A stretch of 59,062 bases of DNA, from IMG/VR virus record IMGVR_UViG_3300025467_000019, positions 1 through 59,062 of that record. The stretch is one strand, 5' to 3'. The notes under the pieces were generated by a model. It saw only the letters and a list, made by a program, of their open reading frames with translations, was not told the origin of the DNA and did no database searches. The position numbers and the translations under genes were made by a program. Origin of the DNA: a virus. Lineage: Duplodnaviria > Caudoviricetes. Positions 38,045-48,094 of the stretch are shown here, piece after piece (within the stretch, counting starts at the first letter, position 1; every line of letters starts with the position of its first letter).

Positions 38045-40912
38045 ATGGCAAACGAGGGAGATAAGAAAACCCCAGCTTCAGGCATACCACCTGATGTGGC
38101 TGCTGCTTTAAAAGCAAAGCCCACCCCAGTTATACCACAAAAGTGGTTAGACGAGATGCTAAAAAACACTAAGGATATCCCTACTCAGCTTAAAGCATTA
38201 GTACAAATAGTAAGCGATACACAATTAGCCAGCAATCAAGCAAGTTTAAGTACAATAAATCAACTAAACAAAACTCTAGGGCCTAGTTTGCAAAACGCTT
38301 TCGTAGAAGCATTAAGAAAATACGATAAAGACGAAAAAAATTCAGAAAGCGCTAAAGAAGAAGACAAGAAATATAAAGATAGAAAAAAAATAAAAGATAA
38401 AGAACAGGACGAAAAGCAAAAAAAAATAACAGATGATTTAAGTAATAAGCTTGGAGATAAAGTTAAATCGACTACTACTAAGACACCAGGTCCTGAAGAT
38501 TTGTCAGGTGCTGAAGCAGCGGAAGCATCTTTAGCGTCAGTACAGGTACAGCCAGTAACTATCGAATCTATAAGTGCACCTGCTTTAGAATCGTTAAAGT
38601 CTATTCTTTCCCCTTTAGCAAGTGAGGGGGTAGACAAGGAAGCAAAAAAGAACCAGGCTTTAGAACCAAAAGCCGGGGAAGGTATAATAGCTGCGTTAGG
38701 CAAAAGTTTGGGAGCAGGTATCAAAGCTCTTGCTGTTGGTGTTGGTGGTGGTATAGCTGCATTAGGGGAAGGTATTGGTGCGTTTTTAACAGGTTTAAGT
38801 GTTGGTCTTACAGCTTTAGCGCCAGCATTAATAATTTTAGCTGACCCGTTAGTGTTAGCAGGTATGGCTATATTAGTAGGTGCTATTATAGGGTTAGGGT
38901 ATGCTTTAAGAGTAGCAGCTCCTGCAATAGCCGCTACCATGCCGTTTTTTGAAAAATTAGCTGAAGTACTTGGTAAAGTATTAATGCATGCCCTAGACAA
39001 AATACCTGATATGATTAAAGCAGTAGGTGTCGCTATTGGTACAGTATTAACAATGGCGGGCCCGATTATTATAGAACTAGCAAAAATAATTGGCGGTACA
39101 TTAATAAATGCTATAAAAGTAATAGGTACAGAAATTGCTGCAGTTTCTGCAATAGTACTACCTTATATAACAACTATTGTTAAAGTCGTTAAAGAAGCTA
39201 TAGTACAACTCGCGCCGTTTGCAGTACAGCTCGTTAAAATTGTTAAAGATGCTATTGTACAGATAATGCCATCCATAGTACAACTTGCTACAATCATTAA
39301 AGATACTTTAGTAACTGTAATGCCTTATATTGTTGAACTCGGTAAAATAATAAAAGACGTATTAGTAACAGCATTTGAAACGTTAAAACCAATTATATTA
39401 GCTCTTATACCTGTAATTGAAGAAATAGCTACATATCTGGGAACAACACTTGTTGCGGCAGTCAAATACGTCGGGCCAGTGTTAATAAATCTTAGTGAAG
39501 CTATAAAAGAAGTAATATCTGGTATCAGTGCATTTTTGAATGGTATCGTAACGTATGCAACTAATTTAGTTAATAAGATTTCAGAAGTAATAGAGTCCGG
39601 TATAGACGGTATATCTCATATAGTAGATTCAATAGGAAACACTATACAAGGCACTATTCAAGCAATTGGTGATTCTATAATAGGTATTATAACAACTGTT
39701 ACTAACAGTATAGAACAACTTAGTAATATAAGTGGTGATAAGTTAAAAGACACAGCTTCCGGTATTACTGCAGTGGCTTTAGCAATGGCTGGTTTTGGTG
39801 CTAGTGCAGTAGCGGGCGGTGTTGGTAATTTAGTTGGCGGTTTACTATCTAAAGTTGGCGGTCAAAAACCACCACTTGAGCAGTTATTAGCTATAGGCGA
39901 ACAAGCAAGCAATTTTGATAAAATTGCAATCGGTCTCGGCGCATTAAAAGTAACATTAAATGAATTTGGTTCTATAAAAGTTGATTTAGACCCTGTAAAA
40001 AAGTTTATTGGTGCTATAGGAGAACTTAAAAACGTACTTTCCCCTACAGCAGGTGGTATTATAAGTGGGTTAGTATCTAGCAAACCTGAAGAAAACCCAA
40101 TTCAACAATTAATAGCTGCAGGTAAACAATCAGAACACATTTCATTACTAGCGCTTGGTGTAGATACTCTTAAAGATAGTTTACAGTCAATAAGTGAATT
40201 AAAAGTAAATTTAGACCCAGTTACCAGTTTTATAAACACAGTAAACGGAACAGATTTAGCTAAAATGGTTGCTCTGTCTACTGCTTTATCTGTTTTACCA
40301 CCAGCGGCTGTTGGATCCACTAATACCGGTACAAATACAAGACCAGCGGCTGTTGGATCCACTAATACCGGTACAAATACAAGACCAGCAGCTACACTAT
40401 CTTCTAAACAAACACAATTTTTTATTGCTAATGAACCTGTAGTGTCAGGTACTCCGTTATCTGATAAACAGATAACAACAATGGACCAAGCAATTAGTTT
40501 TGGTAATGTTTATCCGCCATATGTAATGGCTCAATATAATAAACAAAAAGCGGAAAAAAATCAACCAGCAGCAAGTGTAGCAACAACTGAATCAGCTAAA
40601 TTAAATAAAATAACAAATAAACCGGAATCTGAAGGGGTAAAAATTACTCCTTCTTTAAGGTTGCAAGAGTTGCAGTTAAAATCTTCAGAAAAAGTAATTC
40701 AAAAACTAGAAGAACTAATTAAAACAGTAGGCCCTGCTTTAGCTGCTAACAAATCTACCCCTGCAAGTAGCAATACAACCACTTCTATAATTAACAATAG
40801 TAATACCAATAATGTACAAAATGGTGGAGATGGTAATACTAATAGAGATATACCTTATATAGAACGTAATAAATATAGACAAGATATGATATATTCGAGA
40901 GGTTTACTATAA
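38045..40912 (+). CDS. tape measure protein-like (955 aa)
   Basis: Long amphipathic A/I/G/V helical repeats with roughly 11/22-residue period; central position in the tail/baseplate block. Confidence 0.75.
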   Translation: MANEGDKKTPASGIPPDVAAALKAKPTPVIPQKWLDEMLKNTKDIPTQLKALVQIVSDTQLASNQASLSTINQLNKTLGPSLQNAFVEALRKYDKDEKNSESAKEEDKKYKDRKKIKDKEQDEKQKKITDDLSNKLGDKVKSTTTKTPGPEDLSGAEAAEASLASVQVQPVTIESISAPALESLKSILSPLASEGVDKEAKKNQALEPKAGEGIIAALGKSLGAGIKALAVGVGGGIAALGEGIGAFLTGLSVGLTALAPALIILADPLVLAGMAILVGAIIGLGYALRVAAPAIAATMPFFEKLAEVLGKVLMHALDKIPDMIKAVGVAIGTVLTMAGPIIIELAKIIGGTLINAIKVIGTEIAAVSAIVLPYITTIVKVVKEAIVQLAPFAVQLVKIVKDAIVQIMPSIVQLATIIKDTLVTVMPYIVELGKIIKDVLVTAFETLKPIILALIPVIEEIATYLGTTLVAAVKYVGPVLINLSEAIKEVISGISAFLNGIVTYATNLVNKISEVIESGIDGISHIVDSIGNTIQGTIQAIGDSIIGIITTVTNSIEQLSNISGDKLKDTASGITAVALAMAGFGASAVAGGVGNLVGGLLSKVGGQKPPLEQLLAIGEQASNFDKIAIGLGALKVTLNEFGSIKVDLDPVKKFIGAIGELKNVLSPTAGGIISGLVSSKPEENPIQQLIAAGKQSEHISLLALGVDTLKDSLQSISELKVNLDPVTSFINTVNGTDLAKMVALSTALSVLPPAAVGSTNTGTNTRPAAVGSTNTGTNTRPAATLSSKQTQFFIANEPVVSGTPLSDKQITTMDQAISFGNVYPPYVMAQYNKQKAEKNQPAASVATTESAKLNKITNKPESEGVKITPSLRLQELQLKSSEKVIQKLEELIKTVGPALAANKSTPASSNTTTSIINNSNTNNVQNGGDGNTNRDIPYIERNKYRQDMIYSRGLL
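40301..40384 (+). repeat. exact 2 x 42-bp in-frame duplication
   Basis: ccagcggctgttggatccactaataccggtacaaatacaaga twice (PAAVGSTNTGTNTR). Confidence 0.95.
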
Positions 40913-40916
40913 TACA

Positions 40917-42239
40917 ATGGCAACAGCAGCTACTAACAATTCAAGCACCTATTCTCCTAATTCAACAGGATATAGCTTTAGCCCGCCCGGTTATCAAGGA
41001 TTGTTATTTAATTGGAGTGCACCGCCAGATAAGTTAGGCGCGCCTATACTAACACCTAATGTAGGTGTAATTGACGTGTTTAATGAGTTTGATTGGACTG
41101 TATCCCCTAGAGCAGCTCGACAAATAGTACCACGCGCTATTCTTACTGAATACAGACAGACACAATCTAGTGAATTAAGGGGCTTTTTATATAGTATTAG
41201 AGGTGCAGCAAGTAATTTAGCTATAGCCGGTGCTATAGGTGCGCAGCCTTTAAACGGGTTTACACAAAGTGTAGGTCAAGAAGTTAAAACTGCAGGTACC
41301 GTTGTAGGACAAAATAGCATAGGTAGTACTATAGTTACTGCATTAAATTCAACGGTTGATAAAGCAACAACCCTATCCACTCAAGCTTTAGAGCAAGTAC
41401 AGAACGCAAATTTCGTACCACAGAGCCCTTCTGATGCTGCAGACGCTTTAAACCCATATAACGGTTTGTATTCTGTAGAGGAAACCGGTTTCACATATAT
41501 ATTACCGTATTACAGCTCAACAAACATGGTAGATGTTAACAATAGTTGGGGTAATGCAGGCGGTTCAATACCAGGATTAAGTAAAATGGCTAGCGGTGTA
41601 AGCAAAATTGCTAAATCTCTAGTAGGGGCTGGTGGTAGTACTTCTACTAGTACTGCTGGTACCGGAGAAGGTGGTATAGGAGAAGCTATTGGTGGTATTA
41701 GTGATATAGCTGGTGGTGGTATGGATATGTTATATGGAGCAGCTGCAGGTTTACACGGTAATAGTGCAAAAGAAGATCTTAGAATGTTTAATGGTACTAG
41801 TGCTGAAGAAGGTGCAAAGTTTACATTCTTTTTATACAATACTATAGGTAGCGATATAACAACACTACAATGTAATTGGGATTTTTGCTACATAATAACA
41901 TATCAAAATTTACCTAATAGAAAAGGTATAAACTTTTTAGACGCTCCTTGCTTGTATAGAATAGACATACCGGGGTTTAAACAAATACCTTTAGCATATT
42001 TAAACAGTATTAGTATTGAAAATGTTGGTAATACTAGACTGGTTAATTTAACTGACGGTACGGTTGTAACTGTAGACCAGGCAGCTTCTGGAGATCCCAA
42101 TATTAAGTTAATGCCAGAAGCTTATAGAGTAACACTCGAATTTAAAGGTGTATTAAAGAACACTCGCAACACGTTCTTATTTAATGCTGATCCTAGTCAA
42201 AAAATAACCATAACTACCAAATCTACATCTGCTTATTAA
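40917..42239 (+). CDS. baseplate tail-tube cap-like protein (gp48-like)
   Basis: G-rich middle, FTFFL...PCLYRIDI...YLNSISIE...MPEAYRVTLEF; position before the gp53-like gene. Confidence 0.6.
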   Translation: MATAATNNSSTYSPNSTGYSFSPPGYQGLLFNWSAPPDKLGAPILTPNVGVIDVFNEFDWTVSPRAARQIVPRAILTEYRQTQSSELRGFLYSIRGAASNLAIAGAIGAQPLNGFTQSVGQEVKTAGTVVGQNSIGSTIVTALNSTVDKATTLSTQALEQVQNANFVPQSPSDAADALNPYNGLYSVEETGFTYILPYYSSTNMVDVNNSWGNAGGSIPGLSKMASGVSKIAKSLVGAGGSTSTSTAGTGEGGIGEAIGGISDIAGGGMDMLYGAAAGLHGNSAKEDLRMFNGTSAEEGAKFTFFLYNTIGSDITTLQCNWDFCYIITYQNLPNRKGINFLDAPCLYRIDIPGFKQIPLAYLNSISIENVGNTRLVNLTDGTVVTVDQAASGDPNIKLMPEAYRVTLEFKGVLKNTRNTFLFNADPSQKITITTKSTSAY

Positions 42240-42241
42240 AC

Positions 42242-42616
42242 ATGAATCAGACCCCTTTAAATCAAAATGATATAGGTAATTTACCTTCTCTTGAGAGTTT
42301 TAGGTACGAAAATATTTTTAACGTTTATCAAAACGACAATAATAATTATTTTTACAATATTTTATCTAAAACCAATTTTCCTTCTAATATAGAGGAGGCG
42401 TATTATAGTGTTTATGTAGTTCCTTCAAATTATATGCCATACACACTTATTTCTTATAACTTGTATGGTACAACACTACTTTGGTGGTTAATATGCTCAG
42501 TTAATCAGATACAAAACCCTGTACATTTTCCAGCAGCAGGTACTCATTTAAAATATTTAACCCCTGCGTATGTAAGGTCTATTATCGCTCAGCTCAGTAA
42601 TACTACCAACTCTTAA
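42242..42616 (+). CDS. baseplate wedge protein (gp53-like, LysM-like)
   Basis: ISYNLYGTTLLWWLICSVNQIQNP. Confidence 0.85.
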   Translation: MNQTPLNQNDIGNLPSLESFRYENIFNVYQNDNNNYFYNILSKTNFPSNIEEAYYSVYVVPSNYMPYTLISYNLYGTTLLWWLICSVNQIQNPVHFPAAGTHLKYLTPAYVRSIIAQLSNTTNS

Positions 42617-44148
42617 TGGCTCAAGCACCATCAACAACAAGAATACGTCTTAACGACCAAACATACGAGTTTGGTCTGATGTTGTTTAATTCAAAAGACA
42701 CTTTTTTTGGCATTAATACAGCAGCATTAGTGAAACTCTCTATACAAGAAGATTCTAGAGACTGGTTTAAACGGGGTTATGTTATTATTAATAATAATGA
42801 AAACATAATTGAACGTAGACCTAATGAACGCATATCTGCCGCAGCAAATTATAAATTTCGTAATGATGGAAGAGACTTACTATTAGTTAATATAAAACCC
42901 GTATATGATAACCCATCTAAAAGTCTTGAAATGGATGCTTTTCCTTCTCAAGGTTGGGAGTTAAAATATATATTTTCTGTATATGACGTAGAAGATATAC
43001 CAGGTAAACTACCAAACGAAAAAAACATTAAGCTATATTTTTGGGAATTAGACTATCAGTTATTTGCAGAATCAACATCAGTAGGTTGGAATAGTAATAT
43101 AGCTTTATACAACCTTAACCCGTCGTTAAACGGTAAATCTAGTGTTCTTTCTGATAATGACCGTAAAGTACCGACTGGTTTAATTTTAAAAAGTTTAATA
43201 GAAAACACTTTAAATGCTAGAAGTGGTATACAAACATTCAGTCAGTTTTGGGATCCTGGTGCAAGTAAATTATTTTATAACCCCCCCACCAATAATAGTG
43301 CTATAGATGATTTAGATTATGTATTTAACAGACATGTAGCTAGCAAAAAATTCGGCTCTGTCGACGGTGATGTACCTCTATTATATAGAGATCGTTTTAC
43401 GAAAGAATGGACGCTAACATCTTTATCAACAGAACTATCCTTAGCAGTAGCTAGTAAAGCAGCAGGGCCGTGGCAGTTGGAACAATTATTTTTAACATCG
43501 TCAACCCCTACCGGTGTTACTATACCATCTTTATTAAAAACACCTCAATCTAGAGCATCATATCTTAACTTGAATTTAGGTGGTACTAGTACCGTAACTA
43601 ATTATCAGTTTGTTGATATGGCTGCAATAGATAATGCTTTTATGCTTATTAATATGCCGTGCGCAAGCAATAACATAAAAAACAAACAATTTAGTGTAGA
43701 CTATGCTGACAATACGGTAGATAGTATAAAAAGTTATTTTCAAAACAATTATGTACAAAAGTTTTCAAATTACGACGCACCTACTGCTTTGTTATCTTTA
43801 AATAAAACTAAAACTGAAAACATATCGTATAAGGAAACATACTCATACGGGGCTACTAAACTTGAGAGATACCCAGAATCAAGAAATGCTATACTTAAAA
43901 CAGGTTTCTTCTTGAATCAGTGCTTACACTTTACTGCACCTGGCACCACTTTACGTAAATGTAACAGGTTTATCGGATTGGACAGACAAATAGGTGCAGT
44001 AGATGCCGATTTTGATGAGAAATTTCTCGGTCAATGGTATGTTATTAAAGTAGAACACGTTTTTACAGCAAATTCATACACAAACAACGTAACCGCGGTA
44101 AAACCACATGCGGATAAAAACACTCGTATACCTGACGACGTGCTGTAA
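42616..44148 (+). CDS. baseplate hub protein (gp27-like)
   Basis: LSIQED...GYVII at the N-terminus, PG...LGQWYVIKVEHVF...YTN at the C-terminus; upstream of gp5. Confidence 0.7.
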   Translation: MAQAPSTTRIRLNDQTYEFGLMLFNSKDTFFGINTAALVKLSIQEDSRDWFKRGYVIINNNENIIERRPNERISAAANYKFRNDGRDLLLVNIKPVYDNPSKSLEMDAFPSQGWELKYIFSVYDVEDIPGKLPNEKNIKLYFWELDYQLFAESTSVGWNSNIALYNLNPSLNGKSSVLSDNDRKVPTGLILKSLIENTLNARSGIQTFSQFWDPGASKLFYNPPTNNSAIDDLDYVFNRHVASKKFGSVDGDVPLLYRDRFTKEWTLTSLSTELSLAVASKAAGPWQLEQLFLTSSTPTGVTIPSLLKTPQSRASYLNLNLGGTSTVTNYQFVDMAAIDNAFMLINMPCASNNIKNKQFSVDYADNTVDSIKSYFQNNYVQKFSNYDAPTALLSLNKTKTENISYKETYSYGATKLERYPESRNAILKTGFFLNQCLHFTAPGTTLRKCNRFIGLDRQIGAVDADFDEKFLGQWYVIKVEHVFTANSYTNNVTAVKPHADKNTRIPDDVL

Positions 44149-44177
44149 CAACGATGATATAGGGGTAAGTATAATAA

Positions 44178-44990
44178 ATGGCTACAACAGTTGTAAGAAC
44201 ATTTAATCTTTATAACACTACATTCTATTGGAATGGATACAGTGTAGCTAGTCACGATACAGAGGTAGGTATTGCTGAGGCATATTATATAACTCAGTTT
44301 TCATCTAACCCTATAGGTTCACAAATAGACTTTTTTACAGAGTTTGCAGGTGGTTCTAGTGTAAATCTATCGTTTAGCTTAAGTGGCAATACCATATATA
44401 GTTTAAGCTATTTATGGAGCAAGTATTGGTGGGATGAAGCTATATATTATTCTAATAGCTTAGTGTTAAGCGCTATTTCTATAAGCAAACCTTCATACTA
44501 TCAACCGTTTTCAGAGTCGGTAGGTAGTTTATACTATATTTCTTATTATAACAATTTAAACAACACTCAAACTGTTCCTTATAATACTTTGCTAGAATGT
44601 CTGTTATCGCCAGGAATATCCAGCGCAATAAAGGGTTTCTATACAACAGCTAATAAGCTATTTACAACAAATATATCTAATATAGGGCCTAAAGGTACGG
44701 ATACGGCACCTAATAACGGTAACTTAATTATGGCGGATACTGATTTAAATAGAAGAATTGTATCCAACTCTCAACTTTACAACACGGTTAATAGTACGTA
44801 TCCAGATTTAAGCGCATTTTTACCGTTTAATAATATAACAATAGGTAACCTTATAGCACCGTATGGATGGTATGCAGAATTACAGTATGAAGATTCTAGT
44901 TTGAGTAATAATAATACTATATTTGTTGATATGTCCAATAGAACTTTAGCTTCTCAAACTCAACTTACAACTATAACATTAAGCGCATAA
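44178..44990 (+). CDS. hypothetical S/T/N/Y-rich late protein
   Basis: ORF between hub and spike genes; TAAGTA at 44166-44171. Confidence 0.7.
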   Translation: MATTVVRTFNLYNTTFYWNGYSVASHDTEVGIAEAYYITQFSSNPIGSQIDFFTEFAGGSSVNLSFSLSGNTIYSLSYLWSKYWWDEAIYYSNSLVLSAISISKPSYYQPFSESVGSLYYISYYNNLNNTQTVPYNTLLECLLSPGISSAIKGFYTTANKLFTTNISNIGPKGTDTAPNNGNLIMADTDLNRRIVSNSQLYNTVNSTYPDLSAFLPFNNITIGNLIAPYGWYAELQYEDSSLSNNNTIFVDMSNRTLASQTQLTTITLSA

Positions 44991-44991
44991 T

Positions 44992-46935
44992 ATGAAAACA
45001 TTTCCATCAATATATTTGGGTGTTGTAGTACAAAATAATGATCCAGAGTATCGTGGTAGAGTAAAAGTTTGGGTACCACATGCTAATTCAGGGGTTTATA
45101 ATAAATGGGCTGCTCTTAAACAAGACCGCACATTTAAGTTTCCAGGTATTAATATAGACTCTGATTTGAGTTTAATTATAAACGATCTAAAGGATAGTTT
45201 ACCTTGGGCTGAGCAGTGTAGTCCGTTAATGGGTGAAAATGCTTCCGGTACATATAATGCTTATACGGACAAGTCTACTGTTTCTGACGCAGAATACCCT
45301 TATAGTTTATCAGGTACAAATTTTTCAAATTCTTATGCTCAATTTAACTTAAACCAGGAGCGTATGGGAGAGAAACCTGGCTTTGTGTATGAAAAGTATA
45401 ACATGAGGCCGGTAGATGCGTTTACTGATACTACTGCAAATAAAACTAATAACGTAAACCCTACAGGTACACAGTATCGTCCATCAACATATTCAAATGC
45501 CGCTAAAGGTGTATTTTCTATACCAAAAGTAGGCGCTCATGTATGGGTGTTTTTTAGAGACGGAATACCGACGTATCCGGTTTATATGGGTACTTCTTTA
45601 GGTGGAGATGATTTTGCTAGTATATTTAATACTACAGATGGTGACTATCAAGATTACCCACAAACATTTGAAAGTTTAGGTAAAAATACAAGAAACAATG
45701 AAGATCTAAATACTGAAACATACCGCAACAAAATGGTTATTAATCAGCGTGGTGCTGCTTTAGAAATTGTTAACACAACAGATAGAGAATCATTTAAAGT
45801 TACACACTTTGCGGGCGGGTTTTTAGAATTCAACAACAAATATAATTCTTTATTTAGCCCTAAAAACCTACAACTTTTAACATTAAGAGATAAGTTTGAA
45901 ACAGTAAAAGGTCACAATAACCTTTGGGTAGGTAGAGATTTTGATAATATAATACAAGGTGATTATTTTGTTAAAACCGGCAACCTAAATCAAGCTGCTA
46001 TGGCTAACTGGGTTACAGCTTACACCGCTATAGCTAATATATTAGCTTTACCGGAAAGTGATGGTTCAAAAAACACTCTAGCTGCAACAGTAGCCGCCCA
46101 AGCACAAGCTTTAGCTGCTGCTGAAGCAGAGTTAGGTTTTGGTGGTAATTATATTGAAACTGTAACCAAACATAAACTCGTTAACATAGGTTTAGTGTTT
46201 AATCAATTTGCAAGCACAAGATATAACGGTACAGCTAAAACAATTACGCAATATTATAATAATACAGGTACAGCTACTACAACTATACCCGCTATAGAAT
46301 ATACACACATAGATGATATGCCTGGTGGTAATTACACTGTAACCGCTGGTAATAGATATAATTTACTAGTGGGTTCTGGTGGTATAGATATTAAAACAAC
46401 AGGACCAGTTAATTTGGGTGGTACTATACTAGCAGTTGCAGGTAAACAAGTTAATATTGCGTCTTCAGATGATACTAACATTGATGGTGGTACTAATTTA
46501 TCGGTTATAGCTAATATAATGACTTTGAGAACACGTAATCGGCAGCAAGTATTAATTGATGACAATTTGGGAGTAAGTCAAAATGTAGTAATCGGTGGTG
46601 GTCAATATCTTAAAGGAGAAACATATTTACAGCATGTTACTGCACCGGTAGAATTTCAAGTTACAGAGTCTACCAAAATTACAGATACTGGAGCACAAAT
46701 TAGTAAACCAGGTGGTGGCATAATATATAGCGGGGATACTGTCACGTTAGTAATTAATCAATCCCATACCCATTACTTTAAAAATTTACCGTTACAATTA
46801 GTTGCTGATCCTTCTACATTAAACACTCAAGCCGCTGCGGTTAACGGACCAAATACAGCAGTTGCGGCAAGCAGCCCAACTACCCATCATAATTCAGCTG
46901 GTTCAATATCAACACCTATCAACGGACCTGCTTAA
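44992..46935 (+). CDS. baseplate central spike (gp5/VgrG-like)
   Basis: OB-fold YLGVVVQNNDPEYRGRVKV...LPWA...IPKVGAHVWVFFRDG...PVYMG; beta-helical C-terminus; SHTH motif. Confidence 0.9.
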   Translation: MKTFPSIYLGVVVQNNDPEYRGRVKVWVPHANSGVYNKWAALKQDRTFKFPGINIDSDLSLIINDLKDSLPWAEQCSPLMGENASGTYNAYTDKSTVSDAEYPYSLSGTNFSNSYAQFNLNQERMGEKPGFVYEKYNMRPVDAFTDTTANKTNNVNPTGTQYRPSTYSNAAKGVFSIPKVGAHVWVFFRDGIPTYPVYMGTSLGGDDFASIFNTTDGDYQDYPQTFESLGKNTRNNEDLNTETYRNKMVINQRGAALEIVNTTDRESFKVTHFAGGFLEFNNKYNSLFSPKNLQLLTLRDKFETVKGHNNLWVGRDFDNIIQGDYFVKTGNLNQAAMANWVTAYTAIANILALPESDGSKNTLAATVAAQAQALAAAEAELGFGGNYIETVTKHKLVNIGLVFNQFASTRYNGTAKTITQYYNNTGTATTTIPAIEYTHIDDMPGGNYTVTAGNRYNLLVGSGGIDIKTTGPVNLGGTILAVAGKQVNIASSDDTNIDGGTNLSVIANIMTLRTRNRQQVLIDDNLGVSQNVVIGGGQYLKGETYLQHVTAPVEFQVTESTKITDTGAQISKPGGGIIYSGDTVTLVINQSHTHYFKNLPLQLVADPSTLNTQAAAVNGPNTAVAASSPTTHHNSAGSISTPINGPA

Positions 46936-46971
46936 GTTGAAAACTATATAAAATAACGTATTTAATACGTT

Positions 46972-48084
46972 ATGTACGATTATTTAATAGTAGGTTCAGG
47001 ATTATACGGTTCTGTATTTGCCCACGAAGCTAAAAAAGCAGGTAAAACATGTCTAGTGCTTGAAATGAAAAAACACATAGGTGGTAACATATACACTAAA
47101 GACTATAATGGTATACACATACATGAATACGGCCCTCATATATTTCACACCTCTAGTAAAAAAATATGGGATTACGTGAATCAGTTTGCAACGTTTAATA
47201 ACTTTGTTAATAGGCCTAAAGTAAACTATAAGGATAATTTGTATTCGTTCCCAATAAACCTATTAACACTTTATCAGTTATGGGGAGTTAAAACACCACA
47301 AGAAGCTATTGAAAAGCTTAATAAAAGTAAAATAAAAATAGATAACCCTAAAAATCTTGAAGAATGGTGCTTAAATGAAGTAGGTACGGAATTATACGAA
47401 ACGTTTATTAAAGGATACACACAAAAACAATGGAAAACTAACCCTAAAAACTTACCATCGTTCATTATTAAAAGAATACCTATAAGAACAAATTTTGACG
47501 ACAATTATTATTTTGATACTTATCAAGGTATACCTATAGGGGGTTATACTCAAATAATTGAGAAAATGCTTGACGGTATTGAAGTTAAGCTCAATGTTGA
47601 CTATCTAGCAAATAAAGACGAGTGGGATAAAAAAGCTAAAAAAGTTCTATACACCGGCCCAATAGACGCGTATTTTAATTATTGCTTTGGAGATCTTGAT
47701 TACAGGACTACAAGTTTTGAGCATATATACAAAGAAGTAAAAGATTATCAGGGTAATGCATTAATTAATTATACTGATGCAAATGTACCGTACACTCGTA
47801 TTATTGAACACAAACATTTTGACTGGGTAGATAAAAACTTTACAGTTATAACAAGAGAGTATCCAGAAAATTGGAAACGTGGTTTGACACCGTATTATCC
47901 AATCAATGACGATAGAAACACTAAAGTTTACAAAAAATACAAAGAAAAATCTCAAACTTTAAAAAACGTGCTATTCGGTGGTAGGCTTGCAGAATACAAA
48001 TACTATGATATGCATCAAGTTATAGCAGCTGCTTTGCACGATTTTGAAAAAGAAAACAGTGGTATTATTAATAACAGTTTATAA
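46972..48084 (+). CDS. glf: UDP-galactopyranose mutase
   Basis: YDYLIVGSGLYG, HIGGN, HEYGPHIFHT, YTQKQW, YQGIP, YTRIIEHKHF, PYYP, GRLAEYKYYDMH. Confidence 0.97.
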   Translation: MYDYLIVGSGLYGSVFAHEAKKAGKTCLVLEMKKHIGGNIYTKDYNGIHIHEYGPHIFHTSSKKIWDYVNQFATFNNFVNRPKVNYKDNLYSFPINLLTLYQLWGVKTPQEAIEKLNKSKIKIDNPKNLEEWCLNEVGTELYETFIKGYTQKQWKTNPKNLPSFIIKRIPIRTNFDDNYYFDTYQGIPIGGYTQIIEKMLDGIEVKLNVDYLANKDEWDKKAKKVLYTGPIDAYFNYCFGDLDYRTTSFEHIYKEVKDYQGNALINYTDANVPYTRIIEHKHFDWVDKNFTVITREYPENWKRGLTPYYPINDDRNTKVYKKYKEKSQTLKNVLFGGRLAEYKYYDMHQVIAAALHDFEKENSGIINNSL

Positions 48085-48094
48085 TTACTTGAAT

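Noticed and set aside
38260-39000. 246-aa antisense ORF in the tape measure gene, and similar ones at 992, 3768, 29649 and 41510
   Set aside because: Antisense to well-supported genes, with no independent motifs or start signals
30511-46935. Tail block as a bacterial T6SS, eCIS or tailocin
   Set aside because: T4-type terminase and neck genes, late promoter boxes and the absence of bacterial housekeeping genes indicate a true phage
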